Assembly: GCF_009914755.1 (NCBI RefSeq)
Contig: NC_060947.1
Length of the DNA: 64,000 nt
From: the human T2T-CHM13v2.0 reference genome, Homo sapiens
Strand: one strand, 5' to 3'
Positions 29,613 through 49,199 of the stretch are shown piece after piece. Every line of letters begins with the position of its first letter. The stretch's first letter is position 1. Below the pieces are notes generated by a model. It ran no database searches and was not told where the DNA came from. It saw only the letters and a program-made list of their open reading frames with translations. The position numbers and the translations under genes were made by a program.

Positions 29613-29807
29613 CTAATATATGATCTATACTCAGAAAAAGAAGAGGAGTAGATCGACTGTAATTAATTTAACTATTCTCATATTTAACAGAGACAAAGGA
29701 ATGAAGGGGGAGGCTGCTGCTTTACTCTGACTCTCAAGCAGCCTCTCTTCTTCTTCAAGCTTGCCAAAAAGACTCCTCTGTATCAGTAAGCTCAAAGCCA
29801 TCATTTG

Positions 29808-31148
29808 CGTGATATTGTAAAATATATTTGATAAATATATATTTGATCTTCCTTCCTGTTTCCTGACATAAAGCTCCTAAAGCCTTAGTATCTCCAAAGT
29901 GATAACAGTGTTTTTGCATGCTAATGAGATGACAAGTGGTTCGGGGCCCCTAGATAGCTTCAGGATGAGTGCAGGTCACTGGAAAGACCAAGGCATGATT
30001 ACAGGGTTGGGATTTTCAGCCCCACACCTGACCTGGGGAAGGAGGAAAGAGGGGCTGAAGGTTAAGCTTAACACCAGTGGCCAATGATTTAATCAATCAT
30101 CCCCACATAATGAAGCTTCCATAAACTCCCCAAAAAACTAGGTTCAAAGAGCTTCTGGATAGCTGAACACATGAAATTTCTTGAAGGATGCCTAGAAAGG
30201 TCATGGAAGCTCCATGGAAGCTCCACGCCCCTTCCCCCATACTTCACCCATCTCTTCATCTGTATCCTTTGTCATATCCTTTTATAATGAACCAGTAAAC
30301 ATGACTGTTTCCCTGAGTTTTATGACCTGCTCTAGTAAACTAATCAAATCCAAGGAGGGGGTCTAGTAAACTACTGGACCCCATTTTATAGCTGGTCAAT
30401 CAGAAGCATACGTTACAACCTGAATTAGCAACTGGCATCTGAAGTGGGGGGCAGTCTTATGGGACTGAGCCCTCAACCTGTGAGATCTGACATGATACAC
30501 TATCTCCAGGTAGGCAGTATCAAAAGTGAACTGGAGGATACCCAGCTGGTGTTTGCTGGAGAACTGCTTGCTTGGTGTGTCAGGAAAAAACTTCACATAC
30601 CTTTTGTCAAAAGTGTTGAGTGGCTATGTGAGAATAATGAAAGAAAAACAGGGTCTTAGGGATAACTAACATGTAGGGGTTCCTGGAGGGTGGTGCGCCC
30701 AAGGAAGGTATGGAAGCTAAACACCCTTTCCCCTATATATCGTCCCACATGTCTCTTCATCTGTGTCCTTTGCAATATCCTTTATATGAAACTGGTGAAC
30801 GTAAGTTAAGTGTTTTCCTGACTTCTGTCTGCTGCTCTAGCAAGTTAATCAAACCCAAAGAGGGGATTGTGGGTAGCCCAACTTAAAGCTGGTCGATCAG
30901 AAGTTCCGGAGGCCCAGACTTGTGACTGGTGTCTAGGAGTCATGGGGCAGTCTTGGGGACTGGGCCCTCACCCTGTGGGATCTGATGTTATCTCCAGGTA
31001 GACAGAATTGAACTAGAGGACACCCAGTTGGTGTTCACTGTTTGTCGGTGAGAGAAACTGCTCCCTCCCACATTTGGACACAGAAGTCTCTGTGTTGTTT
31101 GCTGTGAGAGCACAGTAAAAACACATTTTGGGAGTTTTCCCTGAAACA
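29808..31148 (+). mobile_element. MER21-family LTR (~29808-30655) followed by a second MER21 3' half (~30677-31148)
   Basis: gtgatattgt...tgcatgctaatgagatgac...cccctagatagcttcaggatg; the block tctcttcatctgt.tcctttg...ctgtg.gatctga...tatctccaggtag occurs twice. Confidence 0.8.
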
Positions 31149-34100
31149 CATATTAATCCCATCATACAGAAACAATCATGTTAATATTTTGAGTGGTAAA
31201 ATGTGTATTTACCACTTGAACAGAAATGTAATCTCATTATGTTTGCTACGTAATCTATTTTTCTCACACACATATACATATGTATTTCCATGTCAAGAAT
31301 ATAGATTTACATAATAACTTTTATGGGTTAATTAGTATTTCATTGAATATAATTTCTAAAAAAAGAAAAAAGATTTTCTTTTCCTATCTCTTAGTGAGAC
31401 AACTGCTGTAGGGTAGAAAAGGCTCTGAAGTATATGTTGAACATGTGAAATGATCTATTTTGTAGATCAAAAATTACCAATGGTTCAACTTAATGGAACA
31501 CTTGGACTCCATCTTGGCTCCACCACCTACTAACTTTGTGACCTTAGGAAAATCTCTTTATCTCTATGAACTTCAAATATTAACCTTAACGATACCTGCT
31601 GCACAAGAATGTAAAGATTAAAAAATAAAGCTCAATAATAATGATCTATAACCTAAAAGGTGCTATATACATGGTGACTGTCACTGATGTTGACTTCACC
31701 AAAATCAAAGAACACCAGACTCTTTGCACTGCCCCACATCTTTTCTGATTGATTATGATCACATTGCTATAGTTAGGTCTGATGTGTGTGTCTCCCCAGT
31801 GATATTTTTAAAAACTTGAGGGTTTCTTGTTTACTTCATAATAATACCTAGCACACACACACATCCCAGACAGTAAAAGGTGAATAACAGCTACTGGCTT
31901 AAATTATTGGAATCAGAATATATACTCACACTATAAAGTTCCACCATTAGGCAGAGCCGCAAGATGGGAAGGCGACACAAAGAAGAGTAGCCCCACGGGT
32001 TTTTCAATATGGATTACAATCATTTGGTTGTCTAAAAGATTGATGTCTAATCATAAAAGACTGCATTATTTTCCAACTGAGCTGAGCAGTCTACTTCCTT
32101 TTGTTTCTCATGTCAAGCACTGTTCTAAACATATCTTTCTATTCTTAATCCCAGTGTGGGTCACATTAAAAGAGGTTAAGCAAATGCTTGCAATGGTATG
32201 AACAGGAATTAAATGACATTGCCTTTAGTAACATAAAAAGTTACACAGATCTTAAATTTGACTCAACAAAGAAAAAACAGGTTACACTTAATTTTGTGTG
32301 TACTGGTTTACTGAATACTAAATGGCCTAAGAAACCATTTCAAGACTTCTTTGCACTTTCATTTAGGTCGTTTCTATACATGCAAACTGATAACAATGGC
32401 AAGTTGCTTATACACTGTATTAATTGAAGTGATGGTCTGGCTATTAACTTGATTTGACTAAATGACAACCACAGCTAGAAATGCAAGGTTTGGTGGGAGA
32501 AAGGAGTGGTGACTAAAAGGAAGACTGCAGCTTCTTTTCACTCATCAAATTTACTAGATCATTACCCAAAGCTCTACTTTACTTTCTGCAGTATTAACAT
32601 AGTCTAGATGATAAGAAGACTGCATTCCCATAGGTAATATGGAATCTGCTGAAATGAAGATCTGAAAGAGGTAAGAGTCTCATCAAATGGAACCTGACCC
32701 GGGCATCTTATCTGTTTTTAGTGAACATTAAGTGTCATATTCGGAATGATGGCTATTCTATTTGTAATAGTAGTTGAGGCTAGCCCCAAGCTAGTCATGC
32801 TCAACCTTGAGTAGGTTAACACATACAGCCAGGCACTAAATCCAGAACAGGCAGATTTGCTCAGCATCTAGAATGAACCACTAAATTAACTGTCAGGGAA
32901 AGGTTCACTTAAGGTGGCTTGTATACTCAAAATTTTTTCTCATGCACTCTGCAAATTGATGCCTTTTATTGAGATTAGAGCAGTTCTACTCAGATAGCTC
33001 TAACCCTGGATGAAAACTTCTGGCCTAAAAGACAATGGTCAGGTACGGCAGCCCACATTGTCAACAAAATAACCTTGTGGGAACAATATCCAAAGGAAAA
33101 GCCCTATTCTTAGTGCCTTGGTATCTACACAGGATGTAGACTCCATGGTTTCAGATACTGGTGTCCTGAAGTCAAGTCTAAACAAAATGGTATCTGGAGA
33201 GTCCTTTCTACCTTTCAACTGCAGTTGTCATGTGGGTACTTTGATTTAGGCAAAGACTATATCAAGAGTAGAAACAGAAAGCATGGACTGCGGAGAGGCC
33301 TAAAGCCAGGAAGTAAGAGTTTTGAGGTGTGAATGCAAATCAGCCCCATTTAAACAAGTGTGAGGCTCTGCTCCAGCCACACAGTTTCATTAACTGAATT
33401 TGGAAACTCCCAGTCACAAAAATGACATTTCCACAGTCTTGACATTCTAAATGTCATGAGAATAAAATGCAAGCCAAAAAATTCCTTCAGCTCACAAAGA
33501 TCATTACATGACACAGAGTAAAATAAAAAAAAGGGGAAAACTTTCTCGATACTATTAAGAAAAGCACCTAAGAAATCATCACTTGAAGAATTACAGCCAG
33601 ACTGTGTTGCACTGGAAAATAAATGCACCTGGGTTAGAATGGGGTCACAGTCTGGGTTACATTGGTATATAAAGAAGAATGCATTTTGAGGAGTACATGC
33701 CCTCACGTTTTCCCTTCATTGAAATTCTTGTACTGGAATAAATAACTCTGCTTGTTAGGTCTATATTCTACCTGATCAGAAATGTACCAAGAAAATGTCA
33801 ATAGGACAACTCTGGTCAATTTTGCTTATGGAACAAAATACACTTATAAAAGAGCCATATTTGCTACCCCATATTCTATCCACAAATGGTTATAGATGGT
33901 GATGAAGACTGTTTCCTGTTCCAAAGCAATAGCTAATAATGTAACATCACCCAGTTCCAAGGAGAATTTCAGTAACGTTCAAATTTAATACATAAATTGT
34001 ATCCTTCTCAAAAATGCCAGCAAAAGAACTGATGCTGTAACTATGAAAACACTGCTTACCTTCATTACATGCCTGCATTAAAGAATTTTCTCTGAATCAC

Positions 34101-34178
34101 TTTTCCAAATGTGACATGGTCACATATATTGGTAATCCAGACTACACAAAAAGATATTTTCACTACGTTGACAAATTA

Positions 34179-34400
<222 letters not shown>

Positions 34401-35063
34401 CTAAAATAAAAGAGATAGTTCATGCTAATTAGACATACAATTTCATCAGACCAATATAATATAAAGGAAGAATTAATTTCATCTTTATTTCAATGCTGAA
34501 AACACTGCTCTTGCTATAAAGATGGAACTTCCTAATAACACTACATCACTGTAGTCAAAATTATCACAGTATGTGAGAACATTTAAGAACACTCTCAATT
34601 TTATCATTATTCTTCAGTATATACTACTTCTGTCAGTACTTTTTCACTTCTTTAAGTTCTCTTTGCTCACTCCACCCTAAGATAGGAATGTGAGATCAAA
34701 GTTCATATGTAAGGCATTCATTATGCTTTTATCGTGACATTTCACATACTCCTATTACATTAAAATGTCAAAGCATCTTGCCAAATTGTTTCACCTTAAA
34801 TTCTTATATAAAGAGCTAAAAACAAGCATAGATGCCTAAAGTAAAAGAAAAAAAACTCTTTTTTTCTTTTCTTTTTCTTTCTTTTACAATAAAGAAAATA
34901 AAAGTTTTTTTTACAAAAAAAACTTTGTTTTTCTTTTTCTTTCTTTTACAATAAATCTTCTTAAATATTTATTGGCTTAGAGCCACCATGTAATCGAGAG
35001 AAAATTCAGAAGCTAACAAAAGGTGCCGTTTCCCTGAGCAGCATTTCAGTGAAGGTTGGCTCA

Positions 35064-35315
<252 letters not shown>

Positions 35316-35894
35316 CTACTGAGTCATCTAAAGCTTTTTCTGTGTACGACGCGTAACTACAGCACAAGCCTTTGTGTATTAACCTCAGTTATCATAGCTG
35401 CAGCATTACTTTCAAGTGGCAAAATGGAAAAGCTGGCCATGAACTGTTTATTGACCACCAATGCTCCCCCAAGTGCAATGGCTGACTAGCTGAACACACC
35501 TTATTAAGGTTCCTGTAAAGTGACAGGAGAGGTACACACATGCACACATACACACACCATTACTTACTCAACCCTTATAGAAAGAGTATCTTGTCTCCAT
35601 TTCCCTGAATCCTAAATGTTTGGGGTAGAGGGCACGGTAGCAATGTGAAATCCTCAAGCTCGGTGTAGGTTCTTTCAGTTTAAAAGTGGAGCTATGGAAA
35701 GGGTGCCAGTGATATACTGGTTATCCATGCCAAATACAGGGTGAGGTCTATAGCAGTGGCAACTGGCTTGAGGATCTACGAGGCACTGCTTCAATAGGTG
35801 CCAGGAGACTATTATCTATATTATAGAACCAACTTGCATATAGCAACTAAAGGACTCCAAACCATTAACTCCACTAGCAAAAAGGAATGAATTT

Positions 35895-36110
35895 ACAGTT
35901 CAAGTAAACTCTGCCCTTTAATAGCTATGTGAGCTTAGGTAAGTCACATACCATCTCCAAGACCATTTCCTCATCTGTAAAGTGGAGAGGTTAACATGAA
36001 TTACTTCACAGTGTTCTTCAGAGGACTAAACCAAATCAGACATACAAATCATTGAGCACAGTTTCTGGTACATAAACAAGTGCTTAAAATTGTAGTTGCT
36101 ATTATAATTG
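35895..36110 (+). mobile_element. MIR SINE fragment
   Basis: tagctatgtgagcttaggtaagtcac...tttcctcatctgtaaagtgg. Confidence 0.65.
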
Positions 36111-36202
36111 ATGTTGTTTTTTGTTATGCTTGTTACTTGGAATTACCAAGAAAGTAACTATTTTAATCAATAATGACTAAATAAATTGTGGCGCATACTA
36201 AC

Positions 36203-36284
36203 TTTTCAACAGCAGAACGTTTCTGAGATTTCCCTTGGTAGTTCAAAGCCATTTTGGTTTCCATTCCAGTGTAAACAGCAACTC
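36203..36284 (-). CDS. ATP11C: ATP11C exon ~10
   Basis: 82 nt, tcttag/gttagt; [26 protein letters not shown]. Confidence 0.97.
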
Positions 36285-36608
36285 CTAAGAAATTACAGAA
36301 TATAATAAAAACTAAGAACTTGTCAACCAACTCCTCACCCAGCTGGCTCTATGAATTTTTAAGTCTATAAAAGTGGGAAATCTAGGCCCTCTTCCACTCA
36401 CCAGTTGTATATCATTTATAGGATAATTTTAATTATATATAGTATTTGTCATATTTCGTCTTAGTTTACCACGTTATAAATTCCCAACACCTAAATGTAG
36501 GTTTAAATTAAATGGCAAACCTGCCATGTTTACTTTTTAATATGCACTATTTATTCACAGCCTTTACAAAGCATATTTTTTGATAGGTGTATCTTAAAAA
36601 TTGTTTAC

Positions 36609-36673
36609 CATATATCTTCTCGGTATTTTTTAGCGTAGCTCCTTTCAGCAAGAGATTTTCAGGTCCCAAAGAC
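36609..36673 (-). CDS. ATP11C: ATP11C exon ~9
   Basis: 65 nt, atttag/gtaaac; [21 protein letters not shown]. Confidence 0.97.
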
Positions 36674-37574
36674 CTAAATAAAAAATGAACACAGCTTATC
36701 CAAACAAGCCAATAGCATCAACAACTCTGGGGACAGATTTTGCCCTGACACACACCTATCTCCAAGGGGTTCAGAATGTTATCTGTCTACTTATACCATA
36801 TGCTTACTCCCCAGGACAAGCTGAAAGGTCCTTCACTCTGAAGTTACTTGAGGGTACAGCACAGATGGAAGCACAGTACGGGAGTAGCCAGCAACACACA
36901 TAGGCAAAAAAAATACATGGGGGGGGATAAAAGGATTATGAATCATGGATAGCAAGACGAGAACAGAACAGAGCAGCAGATCGCAAGACACAAAAGCAGA
37001 CAGCCATCAATAAAAGACAGGGAATGCAAACGTCAAGGTGGGAAAAATATACTGACATATTTGGAGAGAATAAACCCTCCTTTTGGGGGATCACTGGGGA
37101 CCCTGTATTTCTTTAACTTTTTGAGTGTGGCTGTAAAGGCCAAGTGGAAAAGTTGCGGTAATTAATATGATGATAGAAGAGGAAAGAAAGCATCCCTTTT
37201 TGTATGAACTGCTTGATAAATTGTATGAAGGCTGATACATACAATTCGTATACATAAAACAATTCGTTTTAATGAAGCCTTTCATTTTACGTAAGTCCAG
37301 GTAGTTCTTCCAGCATTTTACCCACTGCTTACTTTCTCAATTACTCTCCCACTGTTCTCCAGTTATAATTCCAATGTTGTCAGCCACTTCACAACCGAGG
37401 ATAATAAATAACATGGCTAGAACAGGTTTGGGAATATAATCCAAAATGTCTGGAGCTCTGCTATTTTGGAAACCATAAGCATTACTTCTAACAGCCCCCT
37501 CCCCACAACACAGAGACCCTATCACCACAACTCTACCAATCACAAGGTTAGTTGCTTATTCACCTTTATATTCC

Positions 37575-37881
<307 letters not shown>

Positions 37882-37989
37882 TATATTCCTTTCTATAATA
37901 GAAAGGTATTTGGCTATTTTAGTTGATTTAACAGAAAAATAGACCCCCCCCCCCAACCAAAGGACAAATTAAAGAAACAGCAAACTTAC

Positions 37990-38040
37990 CTGGCAACAGC
38001 CTCAAGACTATTACTGTAGATATTGATTCGCCCAACAAAT
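37990..38040 (-). CDS. ATP11C: ATP11C exon ~8
   Basis: 51 nt, tttacag/gtaagt; FVGRINIYSNSLEAVA. Confidence 0.96.
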
Positions 38041-38429
38041 CTGTAAAAAGAACAAAATTGCAAATGTGTTTTCTACATCCAGGTGAAATCCATGTACCAG
38101 AAATATGAGAATGAATGAAAATACAAATAATAAAACAGAGATAGATAAAACTGTGAATGAACTACAAAAGCCTATTATATTTCTGGGGGAAAAAAAGTTA
38201 TGTTGAATTGATAAGGTGTATAACATTTTCATATAATTTTTAAATAACATGATGGGATTATAGGAGCAGAAACAAAGGTTCTCAATTGATTTTCAAGTTC
38301 TGTTTAACATCATGCATGCACACAACACCTCTCTCTTTTATAAGTTTATATAAATAACGTAACTTCTATCTTGGATCATGTGAAGAAAGGTTTCTGGTGC
38401 TAAAATACAATTTTCAAAACCGCTAGTTC

Positions 38430-38570
38430 AGTAGTTCTTACACTTGAGTGTGCATCAGAATCACTGGAGCGCTAATTAAACCACAGATTTCTAGGTCCCA
38501 TCCCTGAGCTTCTGATTCAGGTTCCCCAGTAATGCTGCTGCTGCTGGTCCTGAAACCACTCTTTAAACCA
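38430..38570. mobile_element. MER5A-type MITE
   Basis: agtagttcttacacttgagtgtgcatcagaatcactggag...tctgattcag...gctggtcc. Confidence 0.65.
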
Positions 38571-40164
38571 TAGTACTAGTCTTAGACAGTGAACACTTGA
38601 ATGCCATCTTGGAAATGTCCAGCCTGTGACTTGTAGTTGATCTCAATACTGAGCTTGACCCAATCACTTAATATAATAGGTGTATGGTAACCTGTATTTC
38701 TGCAAAATAAGGTAAAAATACCTAATCCCTCGTTAACATCAGTGTTTTATAATCTGCATCGTAAACAGCATTTTCCCCAGAAAATAGAAATATATATTAC
38801 TCATATACACAAAATATGAAGGCTTGCTCATTCATTCATCATATATTAATTGTGCCAGTGCTATACTAAGTGCTGAAGATGTACTAATAAGCAAAAAAGA
38901 AATGGCTCCTTGCCCTATAAAAGTAAATAGGCAATTACGACGCAAGTGCTTACCACTAGAGTGATAGAAGTACAAGGTATTCCGAAGTCACACAGCAAGG
39001 AATTCAATCGTCTAAGGAAATAAGGAATAACCTTCCCTGTCCTATCATTCTCCTTCATACTTAAAGCAACTGAAAAATGTGGGGATTTCCCTATAAATAT
39101 GCAAGGGTATAGATATTGTTCTCTAGCTCAGGCAGAATAAGTTACTCCCTTTTCTGTGATTCCATAGACCTTACACTCACCTCTATTATCACCTTGTATA
39201 AGCTTAGCTTTATTACTTCATCTCTTGCTCACAGTGAGTCCCTTGAAGGTAGAGAATAACTGTTACACTTTTTGGCCCTAGTTCCTATCATCAAGGTGGA
39301 TACGGAAGAGGAAGGGAAAGAGGAAAGAAAAAGTGATGAGAAGGAGGGAGGTCATTGTTCTTGAAGTAGAATGAATACTTTGTTTTTCCACTACTAGGTG
39401 TTAGTGTAAACCACATCCAACCACTTGGTCACTCATTATGACTAACAGCATGCATTAACAAGATGGGTAATGGATGCCATCTGCAACGGTAGAATAGGAT
39501 AAAATTAATTAGCCCACGTGGGGATAAAACCTGTTACACTACCCTGATTAGTACTATGCTCTAATCAACCCAACTAACCAGTCTTGAAATCAAACGCCAA
39601 TTTTTGACAACCCACAATGACTAATAATCAGCAAACCTACTCCAGAGAGCCTAAGTATAGTAAAATAGAGGAAATTACACCATTGTACTCATCCCTTAAC
39701 TGTTTACTGTGGACAAGAAAGAGCCTATTTGCAATCTTTAGTGCATCATGATCATTCTAAGAAAGGATAGAACCTACTAATTGCATGAAGAGGATATCCC
39801 CCTTCTCTCTTTAATGTTAGATGGCATGTAAAAGGATTTGTTTTTTATTTAATTAACTGGTTACTGCATCAGTCTGATAGATCAGCCTTACAGGGTAACA
39901 TAATCTAAAATTTTGATATATGGCCATGTTTACAAGTAATAAAAATAAAAGAAAAATCATAAGATACCTGGGCCCACAATGATTTATTCTGGGTTGATAG
40001 TGAACAAGGCTGATTTGATTCATTTTTCTGCCAGAAGGAAGGAATCGCCCATAAAAACACAAATGAGAGTAGGCTGGTAAGTGGTGGGTGTTTCTTTTGC
40101 AATACTATTAGCAAAGAGAAGCAGAGCCAACAAACAGAAGTAAAATGAAACCAGGTGATTCTTA

Positions 40165-40269
<105 letters not shown>

Positions 40270-41575
40270 CTAGTTGAAAGCAGAAGAAAAAGTGAAAACC
40301 AAAAAAACTTTCTTTTCATAATCATACACCCAACTGATTTCAGAAACAAATTTAGTTTATGTTTTAGTAAGAGGCTTTGGCAGAATAAACAAATATTAAC
40401 ATTTCCCACTAATAAGTTTTATGGTATTATTATGAAAATATATTACAAATAATTAGAAAGATAACCTGCCGCAAGGAGGGTTTCAAAGACAATTAAAAAC
40501 CTAAAAGCTCTTCTTGACATGGACAGCTGAGAGAATTCTATTCACAACATGCATATAATTAACTAAAACCACGTGAAAAAGTTAATACATTTATTTTTTT
40601 TCCTATTTACAGAACTGAGACTTATTATTTTGCTCACTATAGTGTATGGCAATGGAGATATACACATATGAATTGAACATAACCTTTTTGGTCACAAAAA
40701 TGCTAAAATTTTGCCAACAGCAAGAAAAAAATCATTAATAGTTCCATTACACAAATAGCTTAATTAATGATCTTGAAAATGTTCAATATGGATACATTTT
40801 GTACAAGGGGCAGGGAGATGACGTGTCTTGCATTAGTCAGATAATTAGAATATTCTACTAGTGTATATTATGCACTTGATTCATCCAGAACTCAAGGCAG
40901 GCGCCAATGAACCCACTTATAAATCATCAAACAAGGGTTAAAGCAGACTCAAAGAGCGCACCACTTAGGCAGAAGGGAAAGCTGTTGTCGTCATCTTGGG
41001 GGAAATATTACGGCAATGTCTGAACTATATTTAAAACTATCTCCTGATTTTGAAAACCTCTGTACTTTTAGCTGATTTGATCAGAACAACTTAACTGAAA
41101 AAAGAAACTATCTGAAAGTTTTCTTACTCCAAACAACTTTTTCACTATCAGGAAATCTTTATGTAGATTTCTTGATTTATATCTTGACATTCCCTAAATT
41201 ATAACTTTGTTTTTGAAAAGGTTAAAAGCAGGTCATTACCATGCTTTTGAAATACAGAATTAGTCATCCAACAGGTAAAGGTTCTTTTTTACATACTGAG
41301 TCGTAGTCCTCAACTCCAGATGGAATAAACAAACAGAGGAGCCCTCCAAGGACATACCCAGAGGTGAGCCACATGAGTAACCCTCCTTAAAGGCAGCATA
41401 GAGAGGATACATCTTCATGCCCTGTGGAGCTCTGGACCATGGCCAAGAAAACCGACTGTGCCAGAAAGTGTATGAGGGAAATAAGTTACCCCCATTTGGC
41501 CAAATTTACTTTAAGTCACTTGCAATTATAAATGAGTTATAATTTGTTATATGTACATAAAATGTTGCTTTATAA

Positions 41576-41931
<356 letters not shown>

Positions 41932-42391
41932 TAAGTATTATTTTTAAATAGCAATCAAATTACTCCAGGTTGGGTTTCCTACATCCCAAGAATATACATT
42001 TTTAATGAAAATATACATTTTAGAAAAAAATAGATCAAATTGTAAGGTTAGCATACATGAAGTTATTTGTATAGTCACACAGTTTAAGCCTATGATTACT
42101 CCCATTTTAGAGTCTAAATATTAAATAGGCTGTGTCAATATTAAATTCAAGCAGTGCTATAAAAATTGTGGTAGCTTTTACTTGGGGCTCAGTTTTTCCA
42201 CACGTAATTACCACCCTTTTACCCAAACACGAGTGTTTGCTTAGAAGTTAAAAAACAATTACATAACAGCTCTTTTCAAATATAAAACCTAAGAAAAAAT
42301 AAAAATAAGAAAAAATAAAAGATTAGAGGGTGATGGGAGGCAGTATTGTATGATTAACTATCCTGAGATCAAAATGTTTAGGCAAGGTTTA

Positions 42392-42577
<186 letters not shown>

Positions 42578-44259
42578 TCATTACACTCATACAAAAGTCA
42601 AAACATTAGCAAGAGATTATCTCTAGCTCTGGGGCTTTGAGAGTATCTCAGCATCCTACATCATGTGAAAGGTGATGAAAGAATATTACTCAATATTCAG
42701 AATCCTCTTTAAGGTTAGAAGGACTTAGGATGCTTTCAGATTACCTTAGCACTGACCTTTACCTTTAATAAATGATTCTGACATCCGTTTGCTCTCTCGA
42801 TATTTCTTGCACAAATGTTTGATAAGACAATGACATTATCACTTCATGAATGAATCAAGAAAATCTACAACATGTCACAAACTGGGCACTTCATGAACAC
42901 TGAACAGCCACACTCCCACTCTGTACCACGCATACTTCAACATACTTTGCCTGCCATGTGGTAACAACTGTGTTGTTGGGTGCCAGGTCCTTCTTCAGTG
43001 CTCAGAAAATCCCAGTTAATTAGAGAGGCATTGATTTTTCCCAAAATATTTGAATTTTTTTTTTCTATAGGTCACTTTCTATGAATTCATCTGCTGTCAG
43101 GAGAATCACTTAATATAGCAATGAGAAACAATTTCTTATCAGCAAGTACCCAAAGCTCAAGGAAAGGAAAAACCTGAGAGAAGAAATCATGAATAATTTA
43201 ATAATGTAGGGTTAAGTAAATCATAACCATTAAAAGTTTGGACTCTTTAACCTGACTTCTCATCCCAGCTCTGCCACTTAACTATATGACCTTAAATAAG
43301 TGTCTTAGACGATTGCAACTACCTCAGAGAATTAATGTGAGCATGAAATGATGATACAAGAAAAGTACTGAGCAAAGTGCCTGGCACATATTAACTACTT
43401 CAAAGGTGTTAATTATAATTATTACTAACATCCTGCAACTACTTTACTCCCAACTTATGAAGAGTCATAACATTTTTTTGGAAAGATATAAGAAATCCTC
43501 CAGTCTGGTCCTTCCCAAGATTTTCACACCATGGTACATATTGAAAATTATAAATAATACTTTTGTACAGCACCTTCAGGTAAAGGGAAGAGGCTGCTGG
43601 ATGCAGAAGATAACCCACTTTAGAAGGGAGTCAATATTTGGCACACTGACCTAGACACACTGACTGTGAAATGCTAGGTAATACATGCAACACCCAACTT
43701 CTATTTGCAATATGATTCGGCAGATAAAGATGAGGATTTCAAGACCTATTCAGGAAGAATTTTATTTTCTTTGCCAATCTTAATCACTAGCCAAGATCAA
43801 CAGCATCAATAATTGAACTAACTTGTAAATAATATTTTATTTTGTTGGATTGTTCCTTCCTCACTTACATAAACACTTATGTTGCTTACACAAAACCACA
43901 ATTTATGCTTAAATATGCAGAAGAGAGATAACAAACAGAATCCTAACACATCTTACAAGAAGGAGATACCCATTAGAGGTCGGAAGATGACTCTCAGGCA
44001 TTGATAAATAAAACACACAAAGAGAGCATTTTTTCAACAGTTAGGATGTAGTCAGATATGAAATATAAAGGCCCCTATATCTGCAGTGCAAGCTCAGACT
44101 GACAAGATGGGTATGAGTCAGATCACAAAGGGCTTAGCAGGCCAGCCTAAGGGATTTAGGCCTCACTCTAAAGGTAAAAGGATAGGTACAGGACTTTTAA
44201 AGACAGGGAATAACATGATCTAGTTAGACAATGAACTCTAGAGGTCTATTTACCATTTT

Positions 44260-48600
<4,341 letters not shown>

Positions 48601-49199
48601 GTTCAAATCAACTCCTTTTACTAAATCTAACCTAACACCTCATTTTTACCCAAGGAGCTTCTTTACCTCTTAGCATTGTTCCTCATTCTCTGCCCCAATC
48701 CATATGTTTTCACACTCTGCCTCTCTGAATTTTACAATCTATTTCATGCCCATCTCATGTGAGAAAACTGTTTTCATTCCCGTTCTCTAAATTCAGAGTT
48801 TTTTTTTTTTTTTTTCAGACGCACTCACTGGGTTCTGACCAGTTATGGTCTTGTATTTTTATTCTTTTAGCATTATGTGGCATGACTACTAAGCTAAACT
48901 ATAAAACTTCTTGAGAGCATGAACCATCTCTTTCATTCTTTGTAACCCTTCTGTAACTCAGCACAATATTTCAATATATTTTGGTTGATTCATTGGTTGA
49001 AGTACTAGAGTATAACTTTTATTTCTATTTGGCACTAAAGCATGACATATGATTGAGAGGTGTCTTACTATATCTAGTTTCTGATATTTCGGACGCCAAA
49101 AAATACTCCTTCCATTAAAAATAATAGTGTCTTCACAATGGAATTCCTCAAGTCCTATTATAAGTCTCATTCTCTGTGCTGTATGAAATTCCATCCAGT

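Noticed and set aside
36795-36846. Possible mutually exclusive paralogue of exon ~9 ending CATATG|gtataag
   Set aside because: The required frame has an in-frame TAA just before this donor and shows no peptide similarity to exon ~9
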